Positions 41,828 to 50,822 of a DNA stretch of 51,348 nucleotides are shown piece after piece (the stretch's first letter is position 1; each line of letters starts with the position of its first letter). The stretch spans positions 1 through 51,348 of IMG/VR virus record IMGVR_UViG_3300037247_001029; one strand, written 5' to 3'. The position numbers and the translations under genes were made by a program. A model generated the notes under the pieces. The model ran no database searches. It was not told where the DNA came from and saw nothing but the letters and a program-made list of their open reading frames with translations. This stretch comes from a virus. Its lineage: Duplodnaviria > Caudoviricetes.

Positions 41828-43747
41828 ATGCCATTCACCGGTGCGTCAGACCCAGACCTACCCAGTAACGTCGAGGGCCTGAGCCTCGAGAAGCGCCAGC
41901 AGTGGGTCGGCGCTTGGAACGCGCGCTTTCAGGACTGCCGGTCGGACGGTGGCGAGATCGCCGCGTGTGAGTCCAGCGCCTTCGCCGTCGCCAATGCCGC
42001 CATCAAGGCAGTGATGATCGGGGAGGCCAAGGCCACCGGCGAGAAGATCATGGACGCTTTGCAGCCCGAATACTGGGACTTCCTGACCCGTCAGATCGAC
42101 CAGCGGACCGCCGAGTACGACCCTGTGGGCGGCGACGCCAGCAAGGCCTGCTCGAACTGCCAGTGGTTCATCGCGCCCGCCGCATGTGCGGTGGTCGAAA
42201 GCTACCCGGATCCCATCGTCCCCAACGGGGTGTCGAACCTGTGGCGCGAACGGGTTGATCGCTTCGCCAATGCCGACCCGCTTGAGGTCATCATCGTGGG
42301 CGAGCGTGAGGCCGCCGTCGAGTCCAAACAGGAGACCAAGACGGAGAGCGGCGTCGAATACCCCGCGTCGGACTTCGCCGTCGTCCCAGATGCGGACAAG
42401 CCCTCGACGTGGCAGCTACGCCTGGCCGAGGGGGGCGCGGGCAAGATCACCGTCGCACAGGTGGCCAGGGCCATCACGGCGATGCAGCCCGGCGGCTCCC
42501 GCGGCAATCGCGTCAGCCTGTCGTCCGACCAGAAGTCACAGGCTGTCAGCCGGATAGGTCGCGCGATCGGGCGCACCGGCGGCACGGACGACCAGAAGGA
42601 CAATCTGCGGGAGCGCCTCGATGGCGTCAAGGCCACCGCCGGCTGGTTTGAGATCCTGGTCACCGGACCCAAGGCGCTCAAGGATGCCATCACCACGGTC
42701 CTGCTCAAGATGCAATCGAAGGAGTCCACTCAGACAGTCGATGATGCGCTGACATACGACAGCGGCTTGACGCTGTACAAGGATGTGGACGACAGCCTGC
42801 GCTTCGTGGCCCTGATGTCGAACCGGTACCGCGACCGTGACAGGGAGATCATCCCCGAGGCGGCCCACCGTGAGTTCGTGGCGGCCCTGGACGGTGCGGA
42901 CTACAAAAACGCAGACGGCGGTCCCGCGATGGAGGCCTGGCTATGGCATCAGCCAGGCACCAAGTGGGGCGTGGTGGACTGGGCCGAATACGTCAACGGC
43001 TTCATGGTCGTGAGCGGTACCGTGGACAAGGGATACGAGGATGTGGCCGACCGCCTGGCCGCGGACCCCGACCTGGGCGTATCCCACGGGTTCAAGTATT
43101 TGACGGATGAGGGCGATCGAAGTATCATCAGCCACTATAGGTCGTTCGAGTTCTCGGCGCTGCCCTTGAAGGTGGCATCCAACCCCTATACGGCCCTGGC
43201 CGTCATCCAGGAGGAGGCAAAGGCGATGGCAGAGACCAACGGCATCCCCGAGAGCAAGCGGCCATTCATCGCCGGCAAGCTAGGCGAGGAGCGGGCTGCC
43301 GAGCTGGAGGCCGACACCGCCAAGCGTGACGCGGCGCTCCAGGTCGCCGGGGTCGAATCCAAGTCAGCCGCAGACCCCAAGGCGGACGACAACAAGACGG
43401 GCGATCCCAAGCCCATTGAGGGCGTGGATGCCTTGGCCGCTGCCGCGGTCAAGGCGATCACCGAGTCGAAGGCCATGACGGACATGGCTGCGGCGATCAC
43501 AGTCGTCGCCGATAACCAGACGGCCTTGGACGCACGGCTCAAGGCCCTGGAGAAGTCGGACGACGACAAGATTTCCGACCAGTTCGCGTCCCGCGTGGGC
43601 AGCATCGCGGCCAAGCGCCCTAGCCAAGACGCGGACAACGTCGTCGAAAAGGGCGACGCGGAGAAGGACGGCATGCCCAAGTTCGACATCTTCTCCGCGG
43701 TGGCCGATGAAGTGGCCGAGAGGGCAGGTATTCCCACCGGCTCATAG
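41828..43747 (+). CDS. Multidomain prohead protease/scaffold (ChaB-like + HiPIP-like Cys motif + protease + scaffold)
   Basis: MPFTGASDPDLP..QWVGAWN; CSNCQWF..C; SNRYRDRDREII..LWH..GVSHGF..FEFSALP..ASNPYT; directly before MCP. Confidence 0.78.
   Translation: MPFTGASDPDLPSNVEGLSLEKRQQWVGAWNARFQDCRSDGGEIAACESSAFAVANAAIKAVMIGEAKATGEKIMDALQPEYWDFLTRQIDQRTAEYDPVGGDASKACSNCQWFIAPAACAVVESYPDPIVPNGVSNLWRERVDRFANADPLEVIIVGEREAAVESKQETKTESGVEYPASDFAVVPDADKPSTWQLRLAEGGAGKITVAQVARAITAMQPGGSRGNRVSLSSDQKSQAVSRIGRAIGRTGGTDDQKDNLRERLDGVKATAGWFEILVTGPKALKDAITTVLLKMQSKESTQTVDDALTYDSGLTLYKDVDDSLRFVALMSNRYRDRDREIIPEAAHREFVAALDGADYKNADGGPAMEAWLWHQPGTKWGVVDWAEYVNGFMVVSGTVDKGYEDVADRLAADPDLGVSHGFKYLTDEGDRSIISHYRSFEFSALPLKVASNPYTALAVIQEEAKAMAETNGIPESKRPFIAGKLGEERAAELEADTAKRDAALQVAGVESKSAADPKADDNKTGDPKPIEGVDALAAAAVKAITESKAMTDMAAAITVVADNQTALDARLKALEKSDDDKISDQFASRVGSIAAKRPSQDADNVVEKGDAEKDGMPKFDIFSAVADEVAERAGIPTGS
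43226..43747 (+). CDS. Nested in-frame scaffold protein (internal start)
   Basis: AGGAGGAGG before in-frame ATG right after the protease end; acidic Ala-rich coiled coil. Confidence 0.55.
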   Translation: MAETNGIPESKRPFIAGKLGEERAAELEADTAKRDAALQVAGVESKSAADPKADDNKTGDPKPIEGVDALAAAAVKAITESKAMTDMAAAITVVADNQTALDARLKALEKSDDDKISDQFASRVGSIAAKRPSQDADNVVEKGDAEKDGMPKFDIFSAVADEVAERAGIPTGS

Positions 43748-43759
43748 GGCTGGTATAAT
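43731..43759 (+). promoter_or_regulatory. Promoter for major capsid gene
   Basis: TTCCCA-17-TATAAT with extended TG. Confidence 0.55.
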
Positions 43760-43800
43760 CCCGCCGACACCGCAAACACACAGGACGGAGGTCCGACGCG

Positions 43801-45315
43801 ATGCCCCCCACACTCACTGAACAGTCGATTGCCGACAAGGTCGCCAGCCAGCTAGCCGATATCCTGGCCAAGGCTGGTGGGCAGAGCCGCTGGAAGGCTG
43901 CCGAGGACCTGTACCAGCTTGGCTGGAAGCACACCACGCCCACCGGCACGCCCACCACCAACTACACGTCCGGCCCCGGCGGTATCTTCGGGGTGTCGGG
44001 CCTTGAGCGCGACGTAATCTCGACCCGCGTCCAGCCACGTGGCCTGATCGGCATGCTGCCGGCACGCGGCAGCATGCGCACGGACCCACTGTTCGCCTAC
44101 CTGACGGGCTTCCTGGGCGAGACCGGGACTGTCGCCGACGGCGTCTGCGACGACCCCGAGACCGCAGGCCTGGCCAAGTCGTGTCTCCAGACCGCCGCCT
44201 TCGGGCGCTACTCGTTCCTGACCAAGGAGCTGGAGATCGACCGCATCGGCCAGCAGACCGACCGCGGCGAACTCCTGGACCTGCGCATGATCAACGAGCC
44301 GTTGCTATCCCAGGAGGGCGGCGTTCTCCAGCAGAATCTGCCTGGCAATTTCAGCCTCCAGCGCGAGGTCCAAAACGCCATGCAGTCCGTGGGCATCAGC
44401 TTCCAGAACCAGCTTATCCGCCAGTTGTACCGGGGCAACCCGGCCAACAACAGCGCGGGCGGCGGCTTCAAGGAGTTTCCGGGATTGGACATCCTGATCG
44501 GGACCAACAAGGTCGACGCGATCACCAACATCGCGTGCCCGTCGTTGGACTCGGACATCAAGGACTTCAACTACGGCCTGGTCGACGACCTGTCGGCGGG
44601 CGCCGACATCGTCGAGACCGTCACGTACCTGTACCGGTTCCTCCGGCACAACGCGGACCGGATGAACCTCAACCCCGCGACGTGGGTCATCACGATGCGC
44701 CAGGAGCTTTTCTACGAGTTGACCGCCATCTGGCCTTGCGCCTACTTCACTTGGCGGTGCGGCTTCCGCCCCGACGACACTCAGGCCCGCGCCAACGTCG
44801 ACGCCACTGAGATGATCAAGCTGCGGGACCAGATGCGCAGTGGCATGTTCCTGCTGATCGACGGCAACCAGGTCCCGGTGGTCACCGACGACGGCATCAC
44901 GGAGGAATCGGACGCGGACAACGCCAACATCGAGGCAGGCCAGTTCGCGTCGGACATATACTTCATCCCGTTGACGGTGGCCGGTGGCTACGCGTCGACC
45001 TACATGGAGTACCTGGACTACACCCAGGGGGCCATCCAGGCGGTCCAAGACGGACGCCTCGGCGCCTGGTTCTGGACCGATGGCGGCCGGTACCTGTGGC
45101 ACAGCAAGCCGCCGCTCAACTGGTGCGTCCAGTGGATTTCCAAGATCGAGCCGCGGGTCATCCTCCGCACGCCGCAACTGGCCGGACGTATCACCAATGT
45201 CCGCTACGCCCCGTTGCAGCACACCCGCGACCCGTTCCCGGACGACAACTACTTCGTCGATGGCGGCGAGACTTCCAGGGCCGGACCCTCGCACTTCAGC
45301 GACTGGCAGACCTAA
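43801..45315 (+). CDS. Major capsid protein
   Basis: Follows protease/scaffold; GGAGGT RBS; very high GC3; EFPGLD motif; GQFASDIYFIPL. Confidence 0.8.
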   Translation: MPPTLTEQSIADKVASQLADILAKAGGQSRWKAAEDLYQLGWKHTTPTGTPTTNYTSGPGGIFGVSGLERDVISTRVQPRGLIGMLPARGSMRTDPLFAYLTGFLGETGTVADGVCDDPETAGLAKSCLQTAAFGRYSFLTKELEIDRIGQQTDRGELLDLRMINEPLLSQEGGVLQQNLPGNFSLQREVQNAMQSVGISFQNQLIRQLYRGNPANNSAGGGFKEFPGLDILIGTNKVDAITNIACPSLDSDIKDFNYGLVDDLSAGADIVETVTYLYRFLRHNADRMNLNPATWVITMRQELFYELTAIWPCAYFTWRCGFRPDDTQARANVDATEMIKLRDQMRSGMFLLIDGNQVPVVTDDGITEESDADNANIEAGQFASDIYFIPLTVAGGYASTYMEYLDYTQGAIQAVQDGRLGAWFWTDGGRYLWHSKPPLNWCVQWISKIEPRVILRTPQLAGRITNVRYAPLQHTRDPFPDDNYFVDGGETSRAGPSHFSDWQT

Positions 45316-45328
45316 CCGGAACCACATT

Positions 45329-45420
45329 GGCGCTGGCCGTTGGGCATGTCGGCCAGCGCCGGGGGCAGGGTAAGGGCTTCATGGGCCCGAGGGCGTCGCC
45401 TGGGCGTTCGCACCCTGCCC
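45329..45420 (+). terminator. Tandem GC-rich hairpins after MCP (terminator or processing/stability element)
   Basis: ggcgctggccg/cggccagcgcc and gggcagggt/accctgccc; no U-tract. Confidence 0.45.
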
Positions 45421-45465
45421 TTCTGAACCATCACCGGGCGCGGCTACGGCCAGGAGGTAGTCGGC

Positions 45466-46416
45466 ATGGCCAACATCTTCGTCACAGGCGGTGCGGGCTT
45501 CCTCGGCAGGGCCATTCTCCGTGATGCCCGTACCCGCCACCCCGATTGGCGTTTCACCATCTACTCGCGCGACGAGGGCAAACAGGCCCCGGTCCGTGCC
45601 GAGTTCCCCGAGCACAACTTCATCCTGGGCGACGTGCGTGATCTGGACCACCTGACCACCGCCATCATGGGCCACGACATGGTCATCCACGCCGCCGCCT
45701 TCAAGTACGTCCCCCAGGCCGAGACCCAGGTCGGCCAGGCCGTCCTGGTCAACGTCACTGGCAGCCAGAACGTCGCCACAGCGGCCATGCGGGCCCGTGT
45801 TGAGCGCGTGGTGGGCATATCGACCGACAAGGCGTGCCGTGCCATCAACGTCTACGGCCTGACCAAGCGGGTGATGGAGCGGCTGTTCCAGGAGGCCGAC
45901 GGCATCACCGACACCAGGTTCACGTCCGTCCGCTACGGCAACGTCATCGGCTCGACCGGGTCGGTCATACCCTTCTTCCTCCGGCAGGCCAAGGAGGGGC
46001 GCATCACGTTGACAAACCCCGACATGACGCGCTTCTGGCTATCGGTCGAGGAGGCGGTCGATCTTGTGTTCAGGGCACTCGACCAGACCCACGGCGGGAC
46101 CATTCTGGTGCCGCGCATCGCGGCCACGGACATGGAGACAGTCGCCAAGGCGTGCGCGAGGGTGGCAGGTAACCCCAAAGTCAAGTACGACACCATCGGG
46201 CACCGGCACGGCGAGAAGGTCCATGAGGATTTACTGGCCCCTGAGGAAGTCCCCTACACCGTGGCTGGGCGGTCACGCGTCATGTTCCTGCACGCGCCGA
46301 CGACGGCGGATGCAATCATGGATCCACCCGAGGGCCTTTACACGTCGGGGGCGCCAGACCACTGGCTAGATGTCGCTCGGATGGCAGAGTTGATCAGGGA
46401 GAGCATGGAGACATGA
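45466..46416 (+). CDS. UDP-GlcNAc 4,6-dehydratase-like SDR (PseB/CapD family)
   Basis: VTGGAGFLG; YSRDEGKQ; HAAAFKYVP; ISTDKAC..NVYGLTK; RYGNVIGSTGSVIP; MTRF; GEKVHE. Confidence 0.92.
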   Translation: MANIFVTGGAGFLGRAILRDARTRHPDWRFTIYSRDEGKQAPVRAEFPEHNFILGDVRDLDHLTTAIMGHDMVIHAAAFKYVPQAETQVGQAVLVNVTGSQNVATAAMRARVERVVGISTDKACRAINVYGLTKRVMERLFQEADGITDTRFTSVRYGNVIGSTGSVIPFFLRQAKEGRITLTNPDMTRFWLSVEEAVDLVFRALDQTHGGTILVPRIAATDMETVAKACARVAGNPKVKYDTIGHRHGEKVHEDLLAPEEVPYTVAGRSRVMFLHAPTTADAIMDPPEGLYTSGAPDHWLDVARMAELIRESMET

Positions 46417-47417
46417 GCGGCACGCTGACCTTCTATAACAACAAGGCACTTCGTCACCCCGAACGGCTTCGCGCCTATGCACAGGGGGAGCCGATCATGC
46501 CCCTCACGCTGGATATCGATTTGACGGATGCGTGTAACAACTTGTGCCCCGGATGCGCTGGTGGTAGGGGAGAGGCGAACGCCATGCTGGAGACAGACAT
46601 GGTCAGGAAGCTCCTCGAGGAGGCTGCCGGTCTAGGGGTGCGGTCAGTCGTCTTCACGGGCGGGGGTGAGCCAACCCTGCATCCCGACTTGGCCGATCTG
46701 ATCTGCGCCGCATCGGCCCATGGCCTTGCGACGGGACTGGTTACCAACGCCATGATGTTCGGTAACCGTCCGGCGTTGGTCGAGGCGGTCATGGAGCATT
46801 GCACATGGGTGCGCTGTTCGCTTGACGCCAGTGACGCCGCAATGTATGAGCTGACCCATGGCATGGATGGATTTCAGCGCGCAGTTGATGGGATACGGGC
46901 CCTCGTCGAAAGGCGCAGGAGCCGGGGCGCGCAGAGCCCCACCCTGGGAGTAGCCTACCTGACGGGCCCCGTCACTATTGAAGGGCTCGCAGATGCGTGC
47001 CGGACTGTCCGAGACTTTGGGGTGGACTATCTGTATTTCCGGCCCTTCCTTGGTGACCGAACGCCGGTCGACATAGACGCACTGCGACGGGTCTTCAACA
47101 CGGAGACGTTCGAGGTCATGGGGGCCCTGGCCTATAGTCGCTTCCATGAGCGTGAGCGGCCATACACGACGTGTGGGTTCGGGTGGTGGGTCAGTGTGAT
47201 CAAGGCTAACGGGCAGGTCACTTGGTGCTGCCATACTCGTCAGCAGCCGGAGGCCCACCTCGGTGATCTGCATTCGGACTCGCTGGCAACAATCCTGGCG
47301 CGGCGCGCAGACAACGTGGTCAACTGGGCCCGGTGCCCGATGTTCTGCCGTGGAGATCATCTCAACCGCTTCCTGGAGGACATGCAAAAGCCCCTTATGC
47401 ACGAGGACTTCCTATGA
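46413..47417 (+). CDS. Radical SAM/SPASM-domain protein
   Basis: CNNLCPGC; FTGGGEPTLHP; C-terminal C..ANGQVTWCC..LGDL..C..C. Confidence 0.9.
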   Translation: MSGTLTFYNNKALRHPERLRAYAQGEPIMPLTLDIDLTDACNNLCPGCAGGRGEANAMLETDMVRKLLEEAAGLGVRSVVFTGGGEPTLHPDLADLICAASAHGLATGLVTNAMMFGNRPALVEAVMEHCTWVRCSLDASDAAMYELTHGMDGFQRAVDGIRALVERRRSRGAQSPTLGVAYLTGPVTIEGLADACRTVRDFGVDYLYFRPFLGDRTPVDIDALRRVFNTETFEVMGALAYSRFHERERPYTTCGFGWWVSVIKANGQVTWCCHTRQQPEAHLGDLHSDSLATILARRADNVVNWARCPMFCRGDHLNRFLEDMQKPLMHEDFL

Positions 47418-48169
47418 TCACCGTCGTCATCCCGGTCGGCCCCGACCCCATCTACCGCAAGTACCTCAATGAGGCCATCCTCAGCGTGCGGGCCCAGACC
47501 CACATGCCGGATGAAATCTTGCTTATCGACGACCAAGCCGGGCTTGATTACAAAACGCTGCCGGAGATATTCGCTCCGTGGGACATTGGCAGAGACCATC
47601 CTGAGCCGCCTAGCATGGAATGCTATACCTTAGATTCTCCGGGGCGCCAGCTGGCCCTTCGGGTCTGGCAGACGCCATGGCTTTCGGGCGTTGCCCACAG
47701 CTTCAACTTTGGAGTCGCGCTGGCCGCCAACGATCTCGTCTTTATGATGGGCTCAGACGACCGCCTCGAGCCCCACTGCCTAGAGGATTGCGTGGCCGCC
47801 TATGAGGCCAGCGGAAAGCGGCCCGGCTACTACTGGGTGGACGTACAGTACAGCGACGGCCCGCAGCAGGCGCTAGCATGCAACGCCGCCATGGTTCACA
47901 AGGCGATGTGGCGCTCGTCGGGCGGGTTCCCGGTCGAATCCGCGGTGGGGCCCTGCGACACCATGCTGCTGTCCATCCTGTTGGCTCATCCCGAGGCGGG
48001 GACTTTGATTCATGTAAAGTCAGCCACGCCACCCTACTGGTACCGGCGGCATGACCAGACGTACTCACGGATCCGCGGGTCCAAGTTCGGGGGCGTGCAT
48101 GGACCAATCAGGAGCAAGGTGACGGAGCTATGGCAGAAGCCGACGTGGACCGAGAGCCCGACCGGGTGA
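47414..48169 (+). CDS. GT2 glycosyltransferase
   Basis: ITVVIPVG..LIDD..NFGV..MGSDD..YWYRRH. Confidence 0.85.
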   Translation: MITVVIPVGPDPIYRKYLNEAILSVRAQTHMPDEILLIDDQAGLDYKTLPEIFAPWDIGRDHPEPPSMECYTLDSPGRQLALRVWQTPWLSGVAHSFNFGVALAANDLVFMMGSDDRLEPHCLEDCVAAYEASGKRPGYYWVDVQYSDGPQQALACNAAMVHKAMWRSSGGFPVESAVGPCDTMLLSILLAHPEAGTLIHVKSATPPYWYRRHDQTYSRIRGSKFGGVHGPIRSKVTELWQKPTWTESPTG

Positions 48170-48447
48170 CAATGCTGCCGGTGCCGGATTGGCCCGATGA
48201 CTACATGGACCTATTCGGCCCCGACGATGCCAGCCTTCGGACTGAACATCTACCCGAGGAGGTCGTGCGGACACCGTTCGTCTTAGCCATCTGGTCCGAA
48301 ACGAGTGAAGACGATCCACGCCGGGGCGGTTGCCAGGCGCAACTGAGTTTCGGTGATAGGCGGAACCCGACGGACCTGACTGTCGATGAGATCGAATACA
48401 TCGAGGCAGTCTTGAGGATGTTCGTACGGAAGGTGAGACGGACATGA
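48166..48447 (+). CDS. Hypothetical protein
   Basis: GTGA overlap, operon context. Confidence 0.45.
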   Translation: MTMLPVPDWPDDYMDLFGPDDASLRTEHLPEEVVRTPFVLAIWSETSEDDPRRGGCQAQLSFGDRRNPTDLTVDEIEYIEAVLRMFVRKVRRT

Positions 48448-48460
48448 CCGAACAGGGGGC

Positions 48461-48691
48461 GTGATGAGTGACGACCGCGCGGTGGGCGACGAATTCTTGG
48501 AGGAACTGCGCGCGGCTATTCCAAATCCCTTCGACGGGTTCGCGTGCGGGCGGTGTGACCACCTATCACAACGGCATGCGGGCCACACTGGCCCATGTGC
48601 CGATTGTTGGGTGGCTCTGGCTGACTATATATGCCCCCACTTCATCATGCGCGAAGACGATAGGGCAACCGTTGAGGCGATTCAGATATGA
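48461..48691 (+). CDS. Hypothetical Zn-finger protein
   Basis: CGRCDH...H..C..C..C; ATGA overlap. Confidence 0.55.
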   Translation: MMSDDRAVGDEFLEELRAAIPNPFDGFACGRCDHLSQRHAGHTGPCADCWVALADYICPHFIMREDDRATVEAIQI

Positions 48692-49812
48692 CCACCGACA
48701 TGGACAACAGGCCCATCGGTATGGATGACCGGCCCCTGGGGCTGATCGGCGGCCACCAGGGCATGGCGGTCGAACGGTATCTCGATAACGGACACTACAC
48801 CATCAAGAAGAGGGCCCTGCATGAGCGCGACACCCAACACGCGGACATGCAGGGCGTGGACCTCTACGGCCTCAATCTCACCGCCATTCACAACGAGGCC
48901 GCCATGCTGGACGCCATGACGGACAGCGGGTACACGCCGGACCTGTTGGATATCGACGAGGACGTGATGTGGCAGTCCGACGTGGGCGTCCACGAGCCTC
49001 CCCAGGACATGGAGGCCTGGCGGCGGAACTGCGTCCGCATGCTGGCGACCATCCGCGCCCACGGCCTCCGGCACGGCGACCTACGGGGGACCAACGTGAT
49101 CACCCGCGCCGATCGGCCCTGGGTGATCGACTGGCAGGACTCCCACTTCATCGGCGACGTGGCCCCGCAGAAGTCGCCATATTCGGACTCGAATCTGTTG
49201 ATGCAGCACATCGAGGGCACGGTGGGACCCAACGGCCAGTTCGACACCCCACGGGTCGCCCGGCGGTGGCGTTGTGTGCTGGACAGCCTGGGCGCGACGA
49301 CCAACCTCACGCTGCCGCTGTCGGGCAAAACGTTCGTGGACCTTGGCTGCTTTCAGGGCGACTTTTGCGCGCTAGCTGCCTCGGAAGACATGGCTGTTCT
49401 TGGCGTTGACCGTGGGGGATTTAGAACCGGGGAGGATAGTGTCGACATTGCCCGTCGTCTGTGGGAGGGGTTCCCACTTGGGGGCGTCCGTTTCATCAAG
49501 AGCGACATTCTCGACGTGCATCGTCTATACAGCCGAGACGTGGTCATCATGTTCTCGACGTGGTCCTATATCGTCAAGGACTACGGCTACCACAAGGCGG
49601 TTAATCTACTTACCGAAATCATTGGCCAGGCGGGTGTCTTCTTCTTCGAAAATCAACTGTCAGGTGATGGCCCTGGTCCCGAGTTCCTCAGGACAGACCA
49701 GGACATCGAGGGTATGCTCTTAGGCGCTGGCGCGAAGCAGGTCAAGCCCATTGCCACCTTCCCCGTGACGGGGCGCCCCGCCAGCCGGACTGTGTGGAGG
49801 GTGGAGGGATGA
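48688..49812 (+). CDS. Kinase (Kdo/RIO/APH-like) - SAM methyltransferase fusion
   Basis: YTIKK, NEAAML, HGDLRGTNV, VIDW kinase motifs; KTFVDLGCFQGDF methyltransferase motif I. Confidence 0.82.
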   Translation: MTTDMDNRPIGMDDRPLGLIGGHQGMAVERYLDNGHYTIKKRALHERDTQHADMQGVDLYGLNLTAIHNEAAMLDAMTDSGYTPDLLDIDEDVMWQSDVGVHEPPQDMEAWRRNCVRMLATIRAHGLRHGDLRGTNVITRADRPWVIDWQDSHFIGDVAPQKSPYSDSNLLMQHIEGTVGPNGQFDTPRVARRWRCVLDSLGATTNLTLPLSGKTFVDLGCFQGDFCALAASEDMAVLGVDRGGFRTGEDSVDIARRLWEGFPLGGVRFIKSDILDVHRLYSRDVVIMFSTWSYIVKDYGYHKAVNLLTEIIGQAGVFFFENQLSGDGPGPEFLRTDQDIEGMLLGAGAKQVKPIATFPVTGRPASRTVWRVEG

Positions 49813-50381
49813 ACGAGTACCTCAAGGCGGCGTACGGGTTGGCCTCGTCCAGGCAGATGTGCTGCCGCGCCGACCTGGACCTGCTCACTGAGGCCATCGG
49901 CACACTCCCACCGAACCCCGTCGTGGTCCAACTCGGCGCCGGCTCCGGCACGATGGGCTTGGCCGTCATGGCCGCCCGCGACCACATCACGCTGTGGTCG
50001 TACGACATCGACCCCCAGGCGTTGGCGTGGGAGTGGGAGGTGTTCAAGAACGCCAAGATCGACTTCGACCATGGGCGCAGGTATCGGTCCCGTCTTACGG
50101 ATTCGACGCTCGGCGGTAAGGGCTGGCTATGGGGCGCCGTAGACCTGGTGATCGTGGACGCCGACCACAGCTTCGACAGCGTAATCGCGGACGTGTACGC
50201 TTGGCGCGACCATTGCGGCCTCATGTTCGTCCATGACTACGACGGCAGGACGGCGCCGCAGCATTACCCCGGAGTGCGTCAGGCGTGCGACGCGATGTGG
50301 GGCGAGACGCCGCCGCTCTACAAGGCGGGCTGGTCGGCGGTCTTCAAGGGCCACGCCGACGAGAGGAAGGAGACTGAATGA
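49809..50381 (+). CDS. Methyltransf_24-type SAM methyltransferase
   Basis: VVQLGAGSG; VDLVIVDADHSFDSVIAD..FVHDY..PGVRQA. Confidence 0.87.
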   Translation: MNEYLKAAYGLASSRQMCCRADLDLLTEAIGTLPPNPVVVQLGAGSGTMGLAVMAARDHITLWSYDIDPQALAWEWEVFKNAKIDFDHGRRYRSRLTDSTLGGKGWLWGAVDLVIVDADHSFDSVIADVYAWRDHCGLMFVHDYDGRTAPQHYPGVRQACDAMWGETPPLYKAGWSAVFKGHADERKETE

Positions 50382-50566
50382 CAACCAAAGATGTTTGTCA
50401 GAAGTGTGAGGGATGCGGACAGGTGGCTAACACCGAAGAACAGGAACCCTGGACGGCATGGCTGGCAATGCCTCTTGGGAGCAGCATGGCCGTAGTGATG
50501 GGGATGGTGCGGCCTATCCCGTGTCCGGAGTGCAAAGGAACACCGACGGAGAGCCTGAATGGATGA
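50378..50566 (+). CDS. Small Zn-finger protein
   Basis: CQKCEGCG..CPECKG; AAGGAG RBS. Confidence 0.6.
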   Translation: MTTKDVCQKCEGCGQVANTEEQEPWTAWLAMPLGSSMAVVMGMVRPIPCPECKGTPTESLNG

Positions 50567-50822
50567 ATGGCCCCCGATGACTCTAGTCGACAGTGTGCTA
50601 GGAGCGATCCGCACCGAGATGGAACTGTTGACAGATTGGCACCGGCGCTCATGCGTTTCGGTGCCGTGGTGCCGGTGGCTCCGAGACCAACGCCGCATGA
50701 AGATCATGACAGCGATCGTCAAGGGGATGCCACCGTGTGATGACACCGGCTGGTGGTGCGTGGTGGTCCGCGACTGGAGCAGGGCGCGGCGACTTCTTCG
50801 GTCGGATCATCGCCGTGGATGA
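50559..50822 (+). CDS. Hypothetical protein
   Basis: GGAG RBS; overlaps with both neighbours. Confidence 0.45.
   Translation: MDEWPPMTLVDSVLGAIRTEMELLTDWHRRSCVSVPWCRWLRDQRRMKIMTAIVKGMPPCDDTGWWCVVVRDWSRARRLLRSDHRRG

Noticed and set aside
44305-45327. 340-aa minus-strand ORF under the major capsid gene
   Set aside because: Shadow of a very high-GC3 gene with no recognisable motif
48700-48741. Short tandem duplication MDNRPIG/MDDRPLG (and ccgcatcgtc x2 near 32491)
   Set aside because: Two-copy degenerate micro-duplications with no sign of a functional array
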